A stretch of DNA of 51,797 bases, counting the filler, from Catajapyx aquilonaris (taxonomy: Eukaryota), in assembly GCA_000934665.2 (NCBI GenBank). It is 3 parts of 3 records of this genome, joined end to end, with 100 filler letters (N's around TTAATTAATTAA, not from the genome) between each part and the next. Parts side by side here need not be neighbours in the genome. Positions count along the whole stretch, not along the records: positions 17,276 to 34,496 come from KZ539627.1; positions 34,597 to 51,797 come from JYFJ02007010.1; 1 more part is not named here. The stretch is one strand, 5' to 3'. Position 1 is the first letter of the stretch; each line of letters begins with the position of its first letter. The position numbers were made by a program, and so were the translations under genes. This document shows positions 24,026 through 35,151 of this stretch, piece after piece. A model generated the notes under the pieces. The model had not been told where the DNA came from, did no database searches, and worked only from the letters and a program-made list of their open reading frames with translations.

Positions 24026-24689
24026 GGGGAACTAGCCTTGGTCTGGGATTTGGGATTTTTGTTCATAACTAGCTAGCCCATGCCTGTAAACATACATTCC
24101 ATCACTCTGTTGCATCAAAATGACATTACTGGATAAATTACGGCACATTTAAAAGTGCCTTCAAAATTGGCGGGAAAAACGCCGCTGCCAATCGAAAGGG
24201 TACACTGAAATGCCTGGTTGACTGCGAGATATGAGGAATTTGACTTTGAATTAACCGCGGACACGACGGAAAGCATTCGCAAGGCGGCTGTAGGCCATCG
24301 AGGTGGAGAAAGGGGGCCTTCATGTGCCGAATTCGGGTGACAGAAGATTCCTGCCAGTTGGCACCACTGCCAGCCCCTCAGCTGATTGAGCGGGGTGAAG
24401 TAAAAACGCGCCCCGGCCGCTATCTTGCTCACGGAATGGGACGGTTGCTAACCACAGCGAAGCATTTTACAACAATGACGGGGCGCGTTTTATAACACCA
24501 TTGTTGCGTTCATTTCACTTCGCGTGACGTCAACATTTTCTAGGGAAACAGTGACGTCACCATTTCCCTACATAAAAACCCCAATTACTCCGGAACTAAA
24601 GCCGATATCTTAAAACGGAATATGCCAAAAAAATCCAAAAAATATGGGCGAATTTATTATGTAGTTTCCAAAATGAAGGCTACTTCCCC
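24026..24689. mobile_element. Non-autonomous TIR element (possibly ISL2EU-like, AT target duplication)
   Basis: AT|GGGGAACTAGCCTT...AAGGCTACTTCCCC|AT. CpG-rich relative to its flanks, so probably young. A second copy of the right end is at 17085-17175. The superfamily call is tentative. Confidence 0.7.
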
Positions 24690-25255
24690 ATTGTCCATAA
24701 ATGAAGTCCAAGTGGTTTTCTAGGCAGGGACTGGGTTTTGGATGGATTTTCATGTCATGAAGGTGCAGTCAAGAATGTCTGATTATAATATGATCAGATC
24801 TTTCACTCAGATAGGAAGCTTCCTTCCAACACGTTACGTCTCATTATTAGTTTATGTTACTGAATGTAGTAGTTTTTTCAAGGTCAGTTATTCCAGATTT
24901 ATTTGGGCATGGCTGTGATAAATCTGCTTCCAGAGGATTCGAGATTTTATTTTGCAGCTGTGTCCAGTTTGGAATAGTAGCAACTTGATAGCCTTCTCCA
25001 ACTACTCTGCCTGATGCTAGATGCCTTTACTGGGGACAAAAGGTGCAGACAGTAATGGAGAGGAGTGATGGGTGATATGTGACAAGTGATGTATGTTCAT
25101 GGGGTGGGTGGGTGAGTAGGTGCCAACCCTTATACAAATGAACTTCAAATATACCTGCACACTGTTTCTGAAATTCCTGTAGAACTTGACAACCTTTGTC
25201 CAGATACTGTAGTATATCTCTGCTCGGCTTTTAATTTTCCGAACTAAATGTTGTT

Positions 25256-25517
25256 GGCTCCGTTACGTAGTTAATGCATACAGCACCCTTAAAGTGTAGA
25301 GGGCCGTATGGTGGAATATGAGGCAAAAACGACAAAGTGCATTGGTGTCGTACCCGGATGGGAATTGATCACTTTTTGCCCATGGACAATGTGTTAGGGG
25401 ACCAAGGCAAGGGACCGGAGGCCCTCAAACTGACTTTTGCTTCTTATAAGCTGACGGAACGGACGTGACATCACGAAACTTTGACGTAGCCGTACGCATT
25501 AACTACGCAACGGAGCC
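25256..25517. mobile_element. MITE with ~28-bp TIRs
   Basis: GGCTCCGTTACGTAGTTAATGCATACAGC versus GCCGTACGCATTAACTACGCAACGGAGCC; TSD unclear. Confidence 0.75.
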
Positions 25518-26049
25518 CAAAACCAATTGCACATCCCTATATCCTATTGGACATCAGGTCTCAGGAGGATATTAGTTTTACGAGTACTATCAGTCTACCT
25601 GGCCATTGGGCGCGAGTTTCCCTTCACCCTGCATATTAAGATAATTAAGTGGAAAGTATATATCATTACATAACGAAAATGTACCTGTTTTTTCTGGAAG
25701 ACGTCCTATACTGTACAATTAATTAACTCATGATCAGAATTGATCATTTCCTTGTCAAAAGATTTCTGTGAACATGGACATCCACTGCAATGGCTACCCT
25801 GGTTAAAAAAACAACTTTGAGTTATCATCTCTCGGCCTTTTTTGCCTTATTTTGTTCCAGGATGTAGCTGTATGATTTTTTGCATTAAGCAGCTTATTTT
25901 AAATAGTTACTTGTATAGATTGTTATTGTCAATGTTAGCTAACATTTCAATAATATTATTTTATTTATATTTATTTTAACCAATTGTGAGAATCGGCGCT
26001 CCATTAAGGGGGTGGAATACCACCATTTGACCACTCAAATTTTTCTATA

Positions 26050-26250
26050 ACGTTCACACATGATGGGGCCAAGGATAGGGGAGGAAGGAAGCGGCTGTGG
26101 CCTATTATACGGAAGCAATCCCGGAATTATCCGGGGGGGGACCGTGGGAAACCACAGAAAACCACGGTCAGGGTCGCCGGCCCCGGGAATCGAACCCAGG
26201 ACCTCCCGATTAGCAGTCGGACTCCTTAACCACCACACCAATCTGCTTCG
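26050..26250 (-). mobile_element. tRNA-derived SINE (another family)
   Basis: Minus strand TGGTGTGGTGGTTAAG...GAGGTCCTGGGTTCGATTCCCGG (A and B boxes), followed by a GTGGTTTTCTGTGGTTTCCC body. Confidence 0.8.
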
Positions 26251-26349
26251 GTATTTCAATAATATTATTGATGATGGTAACCCCCTGGGATATACCTGTG
26301 GCCTTGTAAGGGATCATCTTTAACTGCCTGACTATTTGTAACTTCAGCG

Positions 26350-26505
26350 GTGATGGATTTTGATTGTGGGAGGAAATAGGAGAACTTGGAGAAAAGCCAT
26401 TTGCAATCTTTCCACATGGGAAAATCCTATTCTACCCGAGGATTAAAACCTGTACCTCACAGGTGGAAGGCTGTGGCTCTAACGACTACACCACTATGCC
26501 ACCCC
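26350..26505 (-). mobile_element. Degenerate tRNA-derived SINE (same family as 50995-51312)
   Basis: GGGGTGGCATAGTGGTGTAGTCGTTAG...CAGCCTTCCACC head and TTTCCTCCCACAATCAAAATCCATCAC body on the minus strand. Confidence 0.75.
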
Positions 26506-27207
26506 AAATATAGTTTGTACTGGGCAAAGGTACTGAAAACAAAATGGCCACCTACTGGTCCTCTGGCTAACTGGCTTCATCAATTGCAATTTTAAGATGG
26601 CAGGGCCACACATCAGCATACAGGAGAAATCAACTTAAGGACAATTTTGTTGGTTTAGACTTATTTACCACTACCACCAGGTACCACTAGGTAGTATTTT
26701 TACTGTTCTCTTACCTGGTGAAGTTCATTTAATCCTAAGGATTCATAATGATCCAGCAAGCCAGGATTTTATTTCTTCAATAGCATGTAAACAAGGGCAA
26801 GGTCAAATTTTTTCTTTGGATTATCTCAAAGCTGGTTTTCTTGGACTTAGTGGCTTTCTCCTGCATTTCCACGGAATATTATTTACATGTGCACTGATCA
26901 GCGGAAGGATGACTCAGTGTCCAAAAGTGGGCTCTGAAAACGTATTTAACCCTTGTTTCACTGAAATACCTGAAATATACCTGAAATACCTGTGCATTCC
27001 TGCACATGTGTCAATCCTGTGAGCTTCATGGGGCATTGATGTTACAAATTCATCACTCACATCCTTCCCTTCCTTTGTAATTGGTGACTATTTGATGTCA
27101 TAGTGACTTTTGACCAATCCAAATATGAGTTTTGTGGAATTCTGTGGAAACACTCCGGACAGATTTGCCCCACAAGCCTTCCAGTGTGTTATTAGCAGAG
27201 GATATAT

Positions 27208-27772
27208 GATGTCCTCGGGAGAAGAATGATCAAGGTCCACCTCAAGCGAAACTCAGATATTCCAATTTTAAATTGCTAAGGCCCGTAAGGGGTCATGCAA
27301 ATACCACGTGACCGTTTTGGGGGCAGGGGGGTCTGCTGATATAAAACGGTTGGTCACCGGGGGTTCGGCGACAGTTCACGTGGTATCTCTGAACACGATG
27401 AATGGGCACATATGGGAGCTTTTACAGATGCACATGGGTTCAAAATAACCTAAAATTCGAAATCAGCGACCCCGAAAACATTTTCGATCCCGTTTTTTCT
27501 GATAACATTGACATTTCAAAAACCCATGTGAAAAGGGGGGGGNGGGGAGGGGGGGGGGGTCCAAAAAGTGGCATAAAATCAGTCACATGGTATTTGCACA
27601 ACCCCTAAGGTTCCATTGTAAATCCCACTTTCAGGGCCTTCCAGGGACTATGATCATTACTCTCCAACAACGACCAAATCATCATATTCTATGATAGTGA
27701 AACTATCTTCTGAGATATGTAACTCCGTTTTGACAAAAAGTGGACCTTGATCGTTCTTCCCCCGAGGTCTTC
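27208..27772. mobile_element. TIR element (Sola-like, AWWT target) hosting a Harbinger MITE
   Basis: ~33-bp imperfect TIR (GATGTCCTCGGGAGAAGAATGATCAAGGTCCAC versus GTGGACCTTGATCGTTCTTCCCCCGAGGTCTTC), flanked by ATAT and ATTT. Confidence 0.65.
27289..27605. mobile_element. PIF/Harbinger-type MITE
   Basis: TAA|GGGGTCATGCAAATACCACGTGAC...GTCACATGGTATTTGCACAACCCC|TAA. Confidence 0.85.
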
Positions 27773-29673
27773 ATTTTTAGTAGCCTCTGAAAGTGAGTGT
27801 GGCAAAGTTACTGCTTAAAATTTAATATAACAAGTTTATAATTATGAAGTTTCACTTGTTTTGTGCCAATGAGTATGCAAGCCAGATGACATATTTGTAA
27901 GAAAGACCATGTAGTGTGTGTGTGTATGTGTGGTGTGAATATGTTGCAGGAAATTTAGCAACAGTTGAAGGTTTTGCCTTAGGACAGTCTCAGGGAGCTG
28001 CAGTTTTTGTAGTTTATTAGTAATAATATTGGGAGGGATTTTTGAAGATGAGTTAAAAGGAAAAGTTATTGGACCTTTAGTGTGGAATCTCTGAACATTG
28101 AAGTCATCTCTTTGACATTATCTGTGCACAATTATGGACCAGTGGATCTGTTTTATTTATATTTTTTAATGATGCATTGTAATTTCCATGTGATTTAAAA
28201 ATAGTGTGGATATATTTATATTAAGGCCAATATTGCATATTGTATTAATAAGTTTGAGATTCATTCCAAGACCCCGTCATGTGAGGATAAGAGGAATAAT
28301 AAAGCCGAGCTGATTTGGTCCTCTCTTTCATGCATTCTTAGTCATGTCCTGAAGCCAGAAAGAATTCTTCATATTCACAAGATATGTGTGCCATAGATAA
28401 AGTTGAGATTTATTTTAGGAGGACAGTGATTGCCAGAAGTGGTGGTGTGGGGATATTTTAATGTTCAAAAATGGGATTGCCAGATAGAGAGCAATAAGTT
28501 TCTCTGTTCCTAGGGATGTGGTGAATTCATAATGTGATATAAAGTTTAATCTCTGCCAGCAAATTGTGTTTTTTTTCCACTGGTATGTGATATTTTCTGT
28601 TGGACTTTCAGCATATAGTTGCATTAGCTAGCATTTGTGCAGATTTCTAGTTCCAATGCGATTGCATGTAGGTCACCTTGATTTTCTTAAAATTACTTGG
28701 ATTTGGTGACAATTTCTCTCAGACATGTTTGTGGGCATGCCAAAACTAATTTACCATGTAAAATGTTTTTACATGTTGTAATGATAAAGTCTTCTGCATA
28801 TGATGTCTTGGTATTTTTTTTCTTCTTCAAGAAAATCTCACACTTTTATAATATGTATCACTTGTAAAATGTGTAAATATAATAATAAAATAGAAGCATC
28901 ATTCTTGCCCAGAAGTAACTATATGATGGAAACGAAGAGATACATTATTTTTTGTATATGATTGTAAATCCTGACATGTTTCCTTTTCGTTGAACAGAGT
29001 GAGGCAGCCAGTGATAACCAAAGCCCAGGACTTGACAAGTTATCGCAGGTAGGCAAAGTGAAATATTGAGTTTAAAAATGCACACATCTGAAAGGAAAAC
29101 CCTACCCATGCATGTGTAGATTTCAGATGCTAATCTGGTACACATTGCTGACAGGTCTAAAAATTAATCTGCTCATGGCAACTTTTTTTTGCTTTGCTTA
29201 TTTGTCTTGTGAATCTTCTATCCCCCAGTCTTTTTGTGGCCTTGAATTTCCATTGGCTGGCAAAACAATTCACATACCTGCATGCCGGAAGCTTACCTAG
29301 GCAGTACTATATGTAATGTATTAAATATGATGTACAACCTATATCACAAAAAGTTTTGGCTACTTTTGCCCGAGTTTTCCTTTCATTTTCGACCAAAACT
29401 TTTTGTGACAGATGGTACCACAGTGTTCTCTGAAGACCTCTTGTAATAACACTGCTTGCCAAACAGTTTTCCTCCTCTATTCCCCTCTCTCAATTTTTAA
29501 AAGCTACTGTTCCTTAACATCAGCAATTTGTTATTTAAAATGTGTGGAAATGGTTACCGTACTAATGTCCTGTCATTATGTAGATTTTCTTCATACTTGT
29601 TTCCAAGAATCTAATGATATGTTGGCAAGTGGATTTTTTGGCATGTATTGTATCTGCTGAATGTTTTTTTCAG

Positions 29674-30810
29674 GCAGTGGACCTTTCGAGTATGGACGCC
29701 AGTGAAAACGAAAAAATTAAAGCAATGATGACTCAATCCACACAGGACTATGATCCATCTAGGTAAATTATTATCAGCTGTGTTGTGTGATCACTATCAG
29801 AATGTGGTACTGTTCTTTAGGTATTTAAAAATTCGTGGGGCTAACCAAGTGGGCCAAGTTCCTGCAAACTATAGATGCTTCAAGTGCCACCAGCCCGGTC
29901 ACTGGATTAGGCAATGCCCCTTTAACCAGGTAAGCTGAGTACTGAAGTTTCTTTAGTAATCTCTGCAACACTGACTGATACTAATATTGTATATTTGGCT
30001 TACAGGATGCTTTGGAGATAAAGAAGGCGACTGGTATCCCACGGAGCTTTATGGTACCTGTTGAGGGTCCTCAGGTTCCTGGTGCAATGATCACGCCGAC
30101 AGGGCATTTTGCTGTTCCTGTTATTGATCAGTAAGTTTCATTCTAATTGGCAGATTATTTGAGGCGACTGCAATAAGCAACCTCCTTGAAGGGGAAACGT
30201 TCCCCTGATGAAATTTATTTCCACTAGATATGTTCCAGAAATTATTCTTGGTGTATTTTTGGGACTATTTGCATATCAGTCACAGTCACACATTACATCA
30301 AATTTGAGAAGGTATCAACAAGCATTGGTGTAGCTATTCTACACAATAATGTTTATCAGGTTATCATCATGTTTCAGATATATACGTAGTTTGCACAACT
30401 TGTGTTAATTTAGTTTAGTTTAATGTTAATTTAGATTTACTGGATTTTGCCAACCACAAAACATCATACCATAGTCATCCAACTTAGAACTTGTAGTGTG
30501 GCAACTACAGTTGCATAATAGTTCAGACAAGTGCTCTATGTTCACACAGTTGAATTGGCACTTGCTGACTGTATGCTACTTTGTAAGTGTTTGTTAATAG
30601 CATCACCTGGTATTACTGCACACATTCTCTAATACAAGTTTTTTCACAGTGAAGCATATAAGGAGCAGAAGAAGGAGAAGCCGTTTCATCAGGACACAGC
30701 TGCAGAGGAGAAGGCTAAGATTCCTGAAGACTTGTTGTGTAATGTGTGCAAGGACCTTCTCACGGATGCAGTTTTAATTCCTTGCTGTGGCAATTCCTTC
30801 TGTGATGAAT
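29674..30810 (+). CDS. RBBP6: E3 ubiquitin ligase RBBP6 (SNAMA/Mpe1 family), internal exons only
   Basis: Exons 29674-29762, 29821-29929, 30006-30130 and 30650-30810 are GT-AG and in phase. They encode ASENEKIKAMMTQSTQDYDP, the zinc knuckle YRCFKCHQPGHWIRQCP, IKKATGIPRSFM and the RING start IPEDLLCNVCKDLLTDAVLIPCCGNSFCDEC. The DWNN exons and downstream exons were not found in this contig. Confidence 0.96.
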
Positions 30811-31120
30811 GTAAGTCTTTCTAGTTAATGAACTTATCTTTCGAAATGCATCAATAAGTCTCATGAAATATGTGAGGCTCATTTTTGTTTGAGGAAGATT
30901 GCTGTTATGAGCACATAATTATTAACTCTTTGCCCGCCGCTACTCCCACCATATGACTCATGCATGACTTAATCATATTTAAAAAATTCAATATCTCACA
31001 AGGCGATGTGTTAGCCCCATGCCACGTATATCATTCGAACCGCACTGAATCGCTACTCCAACCAGATCGACTACGCAGCTCCCATGATCTATGCCGTGCA
31101 TAACATAACAGCTATAACTA

Positions 31121-32029
31121 CAAGGCGCGTCCAGAAGGTAAGTTCCGTTTTTTAATTAGGAAAACCACAATGCACCCCCAAAATTTTTATTTACACATTT
31201 GAAATCGACAACTGTCTACTTTTTTTTTCAAAATAGTTTCCAGCCAAATTGTGGCATTTTTCATTGAGTTACACAATATTTTGTATGCCTATGTCATAGA
31301 AGTCTGCCGCCAGCCATTTTCGTGATCCCTGAATGCTAGATTTGAACTCCTTGTCATCGTCAACCTTCTGCTTTGCCAGCCATTTCTCCCTGTCCATGGA
31401 CAGGTTGTAATCGCTAGACTCTAAATCCCAGGTGATCAAAATATTCTCACTTGAATTGTTGCGGCAGGGTTCAAGTAAGCAAGACAGGATGCAGGGGGGC
31501 ATTGTCGCGCAAGAAAACACCCCGAAACCCAACATGCTGCTACGTTTGTTCAACCCAGAGGTTCATTGTGAGACATTACAGAAGTTAAGGATGGCAATTC
31601 ACAAGAAGCGTATCGTTATATTGAGTTTCGGGGTGTTTTCTTGCGCGACAATGCCCCCCTGCATACTGTCTTGCTTACTGGCACCCTGCAGCAACAATTC
31701 AAGTGAGAAAATTTTGATCACCTGGGATTTAGAGTAGCGATTACAACCTGTCCATGGACAGGGAGAAATGGCTGGCAAAGCAGACAGTTGACGATGACAA
31801 GGAGTTCAAATCTAGCATTCAGGGATCACGAAAATGGCTGGCGGCAGACTTCTATGACATAGGCATACAAAATATTGTGTAACTCAATGAAAAATGCCAC
31901 AATTTGGCTGGAAACTATTTTGAGAAAACCTAGACAGTTGTCGATTTCAGATGTGTAAATAACAATTTTGGGGGTGCATTGTGGTTTTCCTAATTTAAAA
32001 ACCGGAACTTACTTTCTGGATGCACCTCG
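31121..32029. mobile_element. Mariner-derived foldback element: inverted duplication of the transposase 3' half
   Basis: TA TSD and TIR CAAGGCGCGTCCAGAAGGTAAGTTCCG. Both arms encode the decayed mariner C-terminus (LRDNAP.H, DLESSDYNL, EKWLAKQKVDDDKEFK, AADFYDIGIQNIV, EKCHNLAGNYFEK). The spacer encodes HCETLQKLRMAIHKKR. Confidence 0.92.
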
Positions 32030-32099
32030 TACATACACGCAGCTACTCAGAGGTCAGAAAAACGTAGTGGTGAAATTTACGGGTGCAAAATATCGCTTA

Positions 32100-32338
32100 A
32101 GGCCGCTTCACAAACTCGGCGTTACGAAAGCGGGGCGAAATGCCCGTTTTACAAACTCGGATTTGGGCGAGTGGGGCGTGCTGAGTGCGGAAAATTTGCG
32201 AAGGACTATTCACAAATGCTGCGTGCGATGACCGAGCGCGGGCGTTGCGCTGGCGTCCAACCGGGTGGACTTTCTGCGTGCAAGGAGCGAAAGGCCCACA
32301 CGCCTCGCTTTCGCAACGCCGAGTTTGTGAAGCGGCCT
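32100..32338. mobile_element. PIF/Harbinger-type MITE
   Basis: ~43-bp TIR AGGCCGCTTCACAAACTCGGCGTT(A/G)CGAAAGCG(G/A)GGCG with a TTA TSD; CpG-rich, so probably young. Confidence 0.9.
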
Positions 32339-32783
32339 TTAGATTCCGATCTAACTCGTTTCTAAAGTCCCAGAATTGAGCTAGAATTTATACAATCTCT
32401 ATCACAGCGCATAGAACTCTTTCCAATATGGTCGCCAGAAGATGACATCATCTGAAAAAGGCCCACAAAGCACTTGGGCATATGATTTTTGTGTTGAATT
32501 CTGTGTTTTTTGCTTGTGAATATGCCGAAAACCGCATTCATTTATGATTGATAGATTGCAAACAAATCCCCCAAAAATTGTCCGTGGAGGACGGACATGG
32601 CGCCCAAAGGGTTAATGTCCATGTTGAAGAGCATACCAATTACAGTACAATCTTTTGACATATCTCCACCGCCTCTGTAGGCAGTCAGTTTTCAAATGTG
32701 TTTAAGGCAAGGAGTGGTGTCAACAGAATTGTTTTTGACCAATGTCTTCTGAGACAGCCCTAAAGCAGACATGCTGCTATTTA

Positions 32784-34027
32784 CAGTGAAACCTCATTAA
32801 TTACGAGAGCTAGTTGGAAAGTAAGTTTTGCAATGCTACAGTTTTGACTCCATGCGACTGGCCGGGTAAAAATGAGCATGAGAAGGTACGTTGATCCTTC
32901 CTCTACTTTATAGGACGGGTAGGCACCTTCTTGCAACTTACGCGCAGGCGCGGAAGCCGTCGGACGAGACCGAGTGGCGAGCCGAGCCTGCCCACCCCCA
33001 TTCCACCAGGAAATGTCATGCCAGACAAAGAGTGTTGGCAAGTGTTGGTCACATGGACTGAGAAAGAAGTTGGGACAATGAGGACACTGTCTGTAACTGC
33101 CGTGGCTGGTTGTCCTTTACACTCGCGAGCTTATTCCGAAATGTCTGGTACCATATCACCACATGATTTGCTCAGACATGACATCTCCGTACCATACATT
33201 CCATTAGCCAGCGATGAATGTCATATCTCCTATGTCGACCACTGATAGCGAACATCTGCCCTCACTTCTGCCTTAGTTCATGTGATCAACACTCTGTCTG
33301 GCATGACTTTTCCTGATGGAATGTGGGTGGGCACGTTCGGCTCGCCACTCGGTTTCGTCTGATGGCTGCCGTGCCTGCGCTTAACCCTCAGACGGTGACG
33401 TGCGAAATGTTCGCTCTCCGGTGACGTGGGCACTTTTTGTGACCAAGCCATAATTTTTGTTATATCTGGCGAAATATAGCACATTTGGGCTTCACTTTTG
33501 AGACAATCATAGTGTGATTCCTTCTACAACAAATAGCGTTTAGTTTACATTTTTTGAGAAAATAGTGCGATCAGAAAAAAATCGGAAAGAAAATCAGTCG
33601 GGGCCAACTCCCGGGGGTAGGGGGATTCCACCCCTTGGCGGCCTGGGATGCCACCGGGAGCTGCCAGACCGGATCTTGGTTAGGCCCCATCTACGCATTG
33701 CCGCCTAATTAATTTTTTCCTGGTCGTGCTATTTGCTCAAAAAATTTAAACTAAACGTAATTCATCACAGAAATAGTCAAACGAAAATGTTCTCAAAGAT
33801 GAATCTCGAATGTCCTAAATTTGCCAAGTTATAGCAAAAAAAGGGTCGTTGGTCACAAAAAGTGCCCACGTCACCGTCCGAGGGTTAAGTTGCAAGAAGG
33901 CCCATTCTGTAAAGTAGAGAAAGGATGAAAGTACCTTCTCATGCTCGTTTTTGCCCAGTCCGTCGCATGGTGTCGAAACTGTAGCATCGCGAAACTTATT
34001 GTGTGACTAGCCCGTGTAGTAATAGGA
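32784..34027. mobile_element. Older long-inverted-repeat element (CAGTGAAAC left end) split by a piggyBac MITE
   Basis: The left arm 32784-33045 pairs with 33283-33384 plus 33889-34027 once the TTAA insertion is removed. Confidence 0.75.
33385..33884. mobile_element. piggyBac-type MITE (500 bp)
   Basis: TTAA|CCCTCAGACGGTGACGTG...CACGTCACCGTCCGAGGG|TTAA, plus an asymmetric subterminal repeat CGGTGACGTGGGCACTTTTTGTGACCAA. Confidence 0.92.
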
Positions 34028-34496
34028 TAATTTGAAATGCAACATAAATCAAAGTTAATCTCATGGCCCAACTGTTAATGACTTGTTTTACATGCTTTTA
34101 ATTTCCTTCGTTCAAAATACAGTTGTAGATATGAAGTAAATTCCACTTGTGAAAAGCAAAATCAACCCCACATTTTGGAAGTCCAAGCTAAGTTTGGCCC
34201 TCCAAATTCGGGGAAAGATCTCTCCTTGCCAACTCCAAGGAAGGGGACCAAAGTTTGTTGTCCAAAGTTGCAAATGCCTGATCCAGTACCTTGAGTTTAT
34301 ATGTTTAGACTCGAAGTCCTTGCCATAGCATACACTTTTCTGCTCTTCCGTGGACTTCCGCAGTGAAGTCAGAAAATTTCACCCCCAACCACACCAGGTT
34401 GTTAGGCTCGAAGAATGAAAGGGTGGGTGGAGGATGGTGTTTCCGACTTGGGGGGCAAGAACTGGTGTGTTTTTCCTACCTGTTACTGATCCCTGA

Positions 34497-34596
34497 NNNN
34501 NNNNNNNNNNNNNNNNNNNNNNNNNNNNNNNNNNNNNNNNTTAATTAATTAANNNNNNNNNNNNNNNNNNNNNNNNNNNNNNNNNNNNNNNNNNNN
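34497..34596. other. Artificial assembly linker (44 N + TTAATTAATTAA + 44 N)
   Basis: Same structure as 17176-17275. Confidence 0.97.
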
Positions 34597-34693
34597 CCTT
34601 CAAAGAAATATTTATATCTAGATAACTAAATTTAATCTGGTAACACTGATTGTTCCATATGAGTTCAATTCGATGTGGGTTTCACATATATAT

Positions 34694-35151
34694 GAAGGCA
34701 TGAATTGCACAAGGGCCCAAGTCCAAATTGCAAAATTTTTCAGGAGAAGCAAAAAACCTTCCCGTTTCCTTACCTCTCATGATATCGTTATGAAAAAAAT
34801 CTATACGATACAGCTACCTCCCCTACCTCTACCTATGGTCTGTTTGGTCGCATATCATAACCACATTATTTTTTTAAAAAATCCGAATGTGTGGGACTTG
34901 GGCCTCTGTGCAAATCATCATTTGCTTAACATTGATAAAATATTACCCAAATGATTTGCACAAGGGCCCAAATGTGGGAATTGGTTTTGCAAATGATCGG
35001 AATTTTCAAATGCAGTATTCTGCTCGAGGAATATGGACTTCGGCCCTTTTCTCGGTCATAACAGATGCGCCCATGCGTTTAGAGTGTTATCATGTGTTAA
35101 ACCCGTTTTCGTAAAATGACGGACTTGGGCCCTTGTGCAATTCATGCCTTC
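34694..35151. mobile_element. MITE with a perfect 31-bp TIR (Sola-like, ATAT TSD)
   Basis: ATAT|GAAGGCATGAATTGCACAAGGGCCCAAGTCC...GGACTTGGGCCCTTGTGCAATTCATGCCTTC|ATAT, with internal copies of the TIR core at ~34894 and ~34953. Confidence 0.88.

Larger units (their letters stand above)
30926..32611. mobile_element. piggyBac-like non-autonomous element hosting two younger insertions
   Basis: TTAA|CTCTTTGCCCGCC...GGCGCCCAAAGGG|TTAA. Confidence 0.7.

Noticed and set aside
16500..29673. RBM33-RBBP6 fusion or RNA-processing gene cluster
   Set aside because: An artificial linker separates them, and neither the RBM33 RRM nor the RBBP6 DWNN exons are present.
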